A DNA stretch of 55,917 nucleotides, counting the filler, from Dugesia japonica (taxonomy: Eukaryota): assembly GCA_001938525.1 (NCBI GenBank). It is 5 parts of 5 records of this genome, joined end to end, with 100 filler letters (N's around TTAATTAATTAA, not from the genome) between each part and the next. Parts side by side here need not be neighbours in the genome. Positions count along the whole stretch, not along the records: positions 45,388 to 55,917 come from MQRL01456385.1; 4 more parts are not named here. One strand, given 5' to 3'. Made by a program: the position numbers and the translations under genes. Shown piece by piece: positions 49,155-55,917 of this stretch. Numbering within the stretch: position 1 is the first letter of the stretch; every line of letters begins with the position of its first letter. Under the pieces are notes generated by a model, which was not told where the DNA came from, did not search any database, and was given only the letters and a program-made list of their open reading frames with translations.

Positions 49155-52100
49155 TTACAGAGTAATCAAAAACAGAGTCAACAGAAAGTCAATATGAAGC
49201 AGCAGGACGTACAGCGACATGAAGCGGCACAACAGAGAGTATATGATAAACTCAAATAAGAGCAAGAATATTTACAGCTACAAGTCGAGGAACAACGAGG
49301 GGCACAGATGAGAATAAACGAGAGCTGCAAATAACAATAATGGTCAAGGACGAGTGAATATGATGCGAGCAATTAATGACAAAGAGGTAAAAATCAGAGT
49401 GAACAAGCTTCAATCAAATGACGAGTGGAAAGTATGCTCGATTTAATACGAGGATTCAAAGGAACGATCGACAGAAAACATTATTGGAAACTGATGAATC
49501 ATTTAATGAAACTCATGAAATGTAGTCATCTAAGTCCACAAACTAAAGAGGAATGGCAGCCAATGATCTGGGAGTATGAAAGGGAAATACGAGACAAAAC
49601 ACTACCGGAAGACTTTAAAATTATAATCAATAAAACATTCAAAGAATGTAAAGAACCATATGGAGAATATGGTTCTAATGGAGAATATGGACTAACGATC
49701 CGTGTTAGTCACCTTACAAAATGGTACGGTGGGAGGACTATTGTGTTCTGTTAAGAATAAAAACGTACTAGAAAGATCGTTGTATGATTATGTGCTATGT
49801 TCCAAGACAAGAGTAATCGAACAAGATGATACTGATGCGCATGTAACGAATTATGGAATTTGACCTGGACGTAAAGAGATAATACAAGTCTTAGATTTAA
49901 CAGAAATTTATAAAACAAAGCAACCAGTGTGACATTATTTACAATTTCGAACAATGAAGGAGATAATGAAGTCTTTTGAACAAAAATGCTACAGATACAC
50001 AACTGAAATACGAAAATCAATAACATGCTACACGAGATGGACAACTCGTAAAGCAATTCAACTTCGATCCAGCTTAATTGGCATCAAGTAAAACTAACAA
50101 TGGTAACGACGAAATTTGAATGGGGCGGATTACTTCGAAAATACAGTATCTGTTCAGAGACAATGATAATTGATCTGTACGATGTAGCAGCCCAAATATA
50201 TGGTAATGGAGTAAGACCCGGTTAAAAGGCAGTTATCACATTGTTAGACCAAGAGCGAATGTTTAAATTCAACGAATCGGTATGGCCGTATTTAGATTTT
50301 CAAACAACCGAGGAAATTTTAAAATCGCTATATGAATGTTTTATGAGTTATATTGTGCCGCTAATTAAAAATCTGAAATTCAAGGAGCAGCAAGATCAAA
50401 TCCTAGAATCAAAGACAGATGATACAAACCTGGTACGAGTCAAGGAAGATTATTTATGATGAGATCAATTTCAAACAAATTTTTGAGTAATAGTAAAAAG
50501 AATCTGAAACAACCAACGAGTCTAACTGATATTAGTGTAAGTGAATTGAGCTAGACACCGGTAGCAGTAGACTTGATTCAGACAATGAATATTATAAAAA
50601 ATATGGTAACGATGGAAAATTACATTAAAGAATCGTTATTTCAAAAGGGAAAAAAATCCAAAGCTGTCATGTTGGAGAATGATGAATTTGGCGTGGGATG
50701 AACATTATATACATATGACGAAGGGACAAAGTGGAATGCTCCCCCGGAATTAATTGAGATATATTCAGAGGAAATAATTAAAGGATCATTGGGAGCAAAC
50801 TTTGGAGTTAAAATTAATTATCCAACGATAGACGATGATTTAGTAACAAAAATGTAAACAAAAGTGATTAAAAGATTATAGACGAATTACCTTTGGAACA
50901 TGGATTAGGGCGAGGTAAAATAATATGTGATTATTTGATAATTGAACGAGACAGATTGAATAACTGAGAAATTCATTTAATTGAGTTCAGGTTAAGACCT
51001 GGAGGGATAACAGAATTAGCATTATAATATGATGATGGACAACCAAGAGATGTTGAGATATTATCACTCAGTAAAATTCGAGTAAAAATGAGAAAAGTGT
51101 ATCAAGAGGAAATAGACTAACTTGTGTATTTAAAATTAGTACATGATGATCAAATTGCGTTAACAGCAACAGCTGGAAACGAAGTGGAACGGTGGAAAAC
51201 GTTAAAGTAGAATTTAGCAAAAATTGGATTAATAATACTAAATAATTTTCATTATATTAAAGTTGAAGAAAGGAAAGAGGTAATTGATCGAATGAATCAA
51301 CTAGGGTTGATATTCGGATAACATTTTAATGAAGCAGTGAGAGCAATAGTTTATTTACAGGCATCACAAACGCCGAAACAAGTAGTGAAAGTGACAGCAC
51401 ACTTTCCAGATGAATCAAGTAAAGAATTCGAAGTGAAAACGATGACGAAATGGGAGAACCTGATAAAAACAAACACTAAAATACGTGAATAAACAATTGT
51501 TAATAGATAAAGAGCATATGTCAGTGTTAAAAAGAGAAGACATTGTAATTTATTGGGGTGAGGAGATTACGGAAGATCTCGACAGTGATGCAGTAAAAGT
51601 ATCAGGTATTTGGCCAGGCCATATTATGAATATATACGTATTTAAAGCAGGAGACGGCGACAGGAATTCGTACACTAGAAGAGAGATTAGCGAGAATTTA
51701 TGTCGTAAAACTATACAATATTATGTGGAGAAAATATGAATCCATTAATGCGATGGGGATTATAGGTACATCCCGAAGACTTAATTTTTGAATTAACTGA
51801 AAGAGTTACAATCTTACAAACAGGCCAAGCATTAAATTGACAATACAGATCTAATCAAGAGTTGAACAGATCAGCAGAGATATTAGTACTGAAGAATCGG
51901 AAAAAGAAAACCAATGACGATGCACTAGATTTAGTAGCACAGTTTTGATCATTAATTAACGAAGTAGAGATTTCAAGAGAAGATGCTCAGAACTTAATGG
52001 ATCAAATAATTCTAAAAAGAGATTTATTAATAGACGAATTGAAAGATTTAACATTCAAAATATCGATATATAAAGAGAAATTCACGTGGAACCGAAGCAA

Positions 52101-53671
52101 TTCAGACAGATTATAAAACGATGGCATGACAATGAGATAGACGACATCTAACCCAGACAATATTATTTTTGGGTAGCAGATCCGAAAGGTTATGAAACTA
52201 GGATAGCTGGTCTTGCATACGAAACAATTGGAGATATAAAGGAGAAAATACCGTTTCAACCACCATATATTTTGACATTGAACCAGTGAGAATTATTCAA
52301 CGATGACGTATTTGGAACATTGAACGTACGGTGGAAGCAGACAGTTAAATGATATATTAAATCAGAAGTTGGAAAGAAATTAACGAAAAAGAAATTTTTG
52401 AATGATAAAACGTTACCAACGGGAAAACAGATTCAACCGCAGATCACAAAGTATACGAAACCAATTGTAATCATCAGTGGAGAGGAAACGAGTAATACAA
52501 CATCGAAATCGACTAAGAGTAAATCAATGAAGTCAAAAGGACATGTATCATCAAGAGAAATTACAACAGAAGAAGATAATGTTATTGAATAAGTATTTAG
52601 ATTACCAAGTGATGTTGATAAAGAGGATTTACAGATAACTAGAATTGATCCAGCAGTAATGAGCCAAATGCTAGTAAAAAAAAGATAAGACAGTAAAGAG
52701 TTAATTTAATCCTAGAGAAGTAGACATTGAAATCGAAGACGAATTATTTGTGTCACCAAGAATAACAGAGTTAACCAGACAATAGTCACCTTTATTTAGA
52801 GAGAAATCACCTTAATTAATAGAATTAGAGCAAAATGAAAGAATGCCGACTCTATTAGAATATGAATTTGGAAGAAAAATTATATGAACACCAGTAGAAT
52901 CTGAAGAGGAAATAAGGACAGCCGATAATACAATCAAAACTACGGATAACCAAGAGGAAACGACAGATCAAGAGATATATCAGAGAATAATGGTTGATGC
53001 GGAAACAGAAATGAAACGAAAGGCGCGAGGATGGCCAAGAGGATCTATTACGACAATAGGAGCAACACGACGAAAACCATTGCAAGATGAACAATTAGCA
53101 GCAGTATCGCAGGAAATCACGTAGAGATTCGAACCAGCAGAATTATCAACAGAAAAGATAATCAAGTATTATTAATCAAGTATTATTAATATTATATCCT
53201 GAATTAAAGATGTGGATTAGATTTACAGTGTTATCAACAGAGTGAAAATGAATTGAAGCAATATTAGAACCTATAATACAAAAACTACCAGCATTCAAGT
53301 GGACAGGGTTGAGAGAACGAGATAAAGTAGAAAATCCAGTCGAAAGAATATTGGGAGAATGTCCAAGAGTGTCAAAAATTACAGTGGCATTAGCGTATCT
53401 ATGTAAACAGACACAAGCGGCATTAGCGCATCGTAATCCAAGCGCAAAAGTAAAAATGAACATGTTACCAATCGTCGGAATAATAAATAATAGAATCGAA
53501 TTACTGATCTTAAATATCGGAGGATAGTCAGCTTGGATAGATAAATTAAAACCAGAAACGAACCCATAACGAAATTTAGCAGAAAGAGCACGATTATTAA
53601 TGAAAGATTACATAGACGAAATGGGAACAAAGTCGAATAATAGAACTAGAGCAAATACGGATCCAAATGGT
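49155..53671 (+). pseudogene. Large decayed coding region of unknown function between gag and env
   Basis: Continuous purine-rich coding-like strand with many ORF fragments. No protease, RT, RNase H or integrase motif seen. Confidence 0.6.
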
Positions 53672-55658
53672 ATGCAATCAATGTTAATGGTATTAATGTT
53701 AATGATGCTAATGGTTCAGTATAATGAGAAACAGTATATTCTTTAGTAGACGTGGATGAATGTCCAGAAGCGATTCCAGAGAGATTAGTACCAGTTCGAA
53801 GAGCAATTCCATATTTTGTGTATCATGAATCAGATTACTAAAAGACAAAGGTAAGAGAATGTAGAAGGACAATGACGGTCTTTGTGTATTATTGTGGAAC
53901 AAGAAGCTATACAGCAATTATCAAAACCGAACAAAAAGTGAGACAGGCTTATCTAACGGGGCTACAATGCAAAGAGGGATTTGTAACCGGAAAGATACGT
54001 GTTGCCAAAGAAAAAATAGTTAATGCTAAAAGTGGACAGATCATGGAAACAAGAATATTCGCAGCAGGAAGCATATCGGATGAACATGGAACATGTACTT
54101 AAGTCACTTATAGGGTAAAAGGAGTAGTCACCAGTTATGTGGTAGCGATAGAAAGTTATCGAGTCAAATTAAATGAATATGATGCGTTCTTCGAAAGAAG
54201 AACACAAATGATAAAAATGTATAATATGTGTAAAGCGTCAGGTCTTTCGTGTGATACGGGAATGTCAACTTTAGTGTAAAATGTGAATCATCAAGAATTT
54301 GCAATGACAGTTTTAAAGGAAACAGCATTCGACGAATATCAAGGGGGAAAGTTTATCGAAGTAGAGGAAAAGGAAATGATTCCAAAAGTGGGTGAAGTCG
54401 ATGATGCCATGAAGCCAAAAACAAGCGAAACACGTTGTGTCGAGACACCACTAGTCTTAATGTCAACTGACAAAAACGATATGATTCGATTGATACAAAA
54501 GAAAACAAAATAGAAATGTAGAGAATTAGTATACGAAACAAATTACAAAGGCTTATGTGTATCAAAAACGAGATTAGAGAAGGCTAGAGCAGAAATCATA
54601 CCGGAATATCCGATGTTACATCTCTATATTAATAATAAAGTGGATAATTTGTTTCATCTAACACAAGCCTCGATAGAGAAAATATATCATGATCTAGTGT
54701 GGAACGATTGTACATTAAATAACGAAATATTAAAGACGTAGTTGGCAACAGCAACTAAAAATCCAGATAATGTATCACCATTATTAACGATAGAAGAAGG
54801 ACAATTTGGACGAATTGTGGGAGAGGTAATGTTCGTATATCGATTAAAAAAAGTGGACGCAACGTTGGCACCAAAAGAACATAATAAATGTTATAATAAA
54901 GTGGAAATCATATATAAAAGAAAAAGAAAATTTGTGCAGCCAATCACTAGAGCGATATCACTTAGAGCATTTATTCCAAACATGATAAACTGTTCAAACT
55001 TATTTGGACCTTACTTCAAACTACATAACTACATAAATGGGTACGATTTCTGGAGAGACTTCCAGTAACAGAAGTCAGAAAATTTTTACGATTACATTTA
55101 GAATGTAGAGCAAAAGTTTTACCGTTAAATGTAGCGGAAGGTAGAATCTATCAACAAGACAATTTGGACAAAGCAAGAGAACATATGTTATTTCCAGTAA
55201 AGAGCAGGAGGAGGACTTACAGCAGATGGCAGATCCAATTATAAATTACTATTATTGCCAGATCATTTTCAGACAGCAACAGTAAATGTAATGAAGAAAA
55301 TGTGAGTCGATTCATAGTTTTTGGACAAGCAATGGCTGGATTACTTAAAATAATATTCATAGAACACATAGTCAAAGTGATACTGACACAGTTAATGGTA
55401 TGTTTTGACTTATATAAGAAAGAGAAAAGAATATCTTGGTCAATCATGATCGGAATATTTCCAGCATGGGCGAAGTCGGTAGTATTAAATAGTCATTTAA
55501 ATGATTTACACAACACGAGGAGATTATTGAGATTTATGATAAAAATCGGATGAACAGATGAACAAATTGTCAATAAAATTCGAGCAATATGTAAGGATAT
55601 TAGGAAAAGAAAAGTAACTAAAAAGACAATATTTGATGCATTCAAACCATGGAAGTAG
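53672..55658 (+). pseudogene. Env-like glycoprotein related to chuvirus G / gB-like class III fusogens, decayed
   Basis: Signal-like MLMVLMLMMLMV; VDVDECP; YYCGTRSY; C..LVYETNY; YINNK..IYHDLV..DC.L..EILK; GEVMFVY; CY....F.QP.TR; NCS; GRIYQQDNLDKAREHMLFP; FIVFGQAMAG membrane region. Confidence 0.85.
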
Positions 55659-55699
55659 GTAGATGTGAGCGCACTACACGTCTACCCCCTCCCCCCCGG

Positions 55700-55917
55700 A
55701 TCGGATCAGAAAATTTTTTTTGATCGGATCAAAAAAATTTTTTTTTAAAAATTAATAGAAAAATATTTTTGTTTTAATGGTGATTTTTTTAAAATTTTTT
55801 TTCGTGGGAAATTCAAAAAAAAAAATTTTTGGTTGGAAATTTATAAAAAAAATATTTTTGGCGGGAAATTCAAAAAAAAATCTTTTTGGTGGGAAATTTA
55901 AAAATAATATTTTTTGA
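55700..55917. repeat. Degenerate ~30-bp tandem repeat (Tn-GGYGGGAAATTYAn)
   Basis: Several units such as TTTTTGGCGGGAAATTCAAAAAAAA running to the window end. Confidence 0.8.

Noticed and set aside
41700-51662. Functional coupling of the SENP-like protease with the Ubl-like domain
   Set aside because: They lie in different elements on different scaffolds separated by an artificial linker.

Overview
This is AT-rich eukaryotic (animal-like) DNA, not prokaryotic. It is five separate scaffolds joined by an artificial 100-bp linker (44 N + TTAATTAATTAA + 44 N) at 11599, 20245, 30669 and 45288, so adjacency across linkers carries no biological meaning. Segment 1 (1-11598) holds a partial multi-exon FMNL-family formin gene whose long introns contain hAT and Helitron miniature elements. 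Segment 2 (11699-20244) holds the last exon of a single-pass membrane protein, then decayed Ty3/Gypsy pol, two hAT transposase relics and a Penelope-type GIY-YIG fragment. Segment 3 (20345-30668) holds an array of short, GC-richer orphan ORF cassettes, several bounded by a splice acceptor and AATAAA. Segment 4 (30769-45287) holds a decayed Polinton/adintovirus-like endogenous virus (pPolB, major capsid, and an adenain protease with an apparent 39-nt intron). It is invaded by a Gypsy fragment and by an RLE non-LTR retrotransposon carrying two Ulp1/SENP-like domains. Segment 5 (45388-55917) holds the most unusual element: about 7.7 kb of co-oriented Gypsy-type gag, a ~4.5 kb unrecognised coding region and a chuvirus-like class III glycoprotein, with no detectable pol. 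All family assignments come from motif recognition by eye; no database searches were run.
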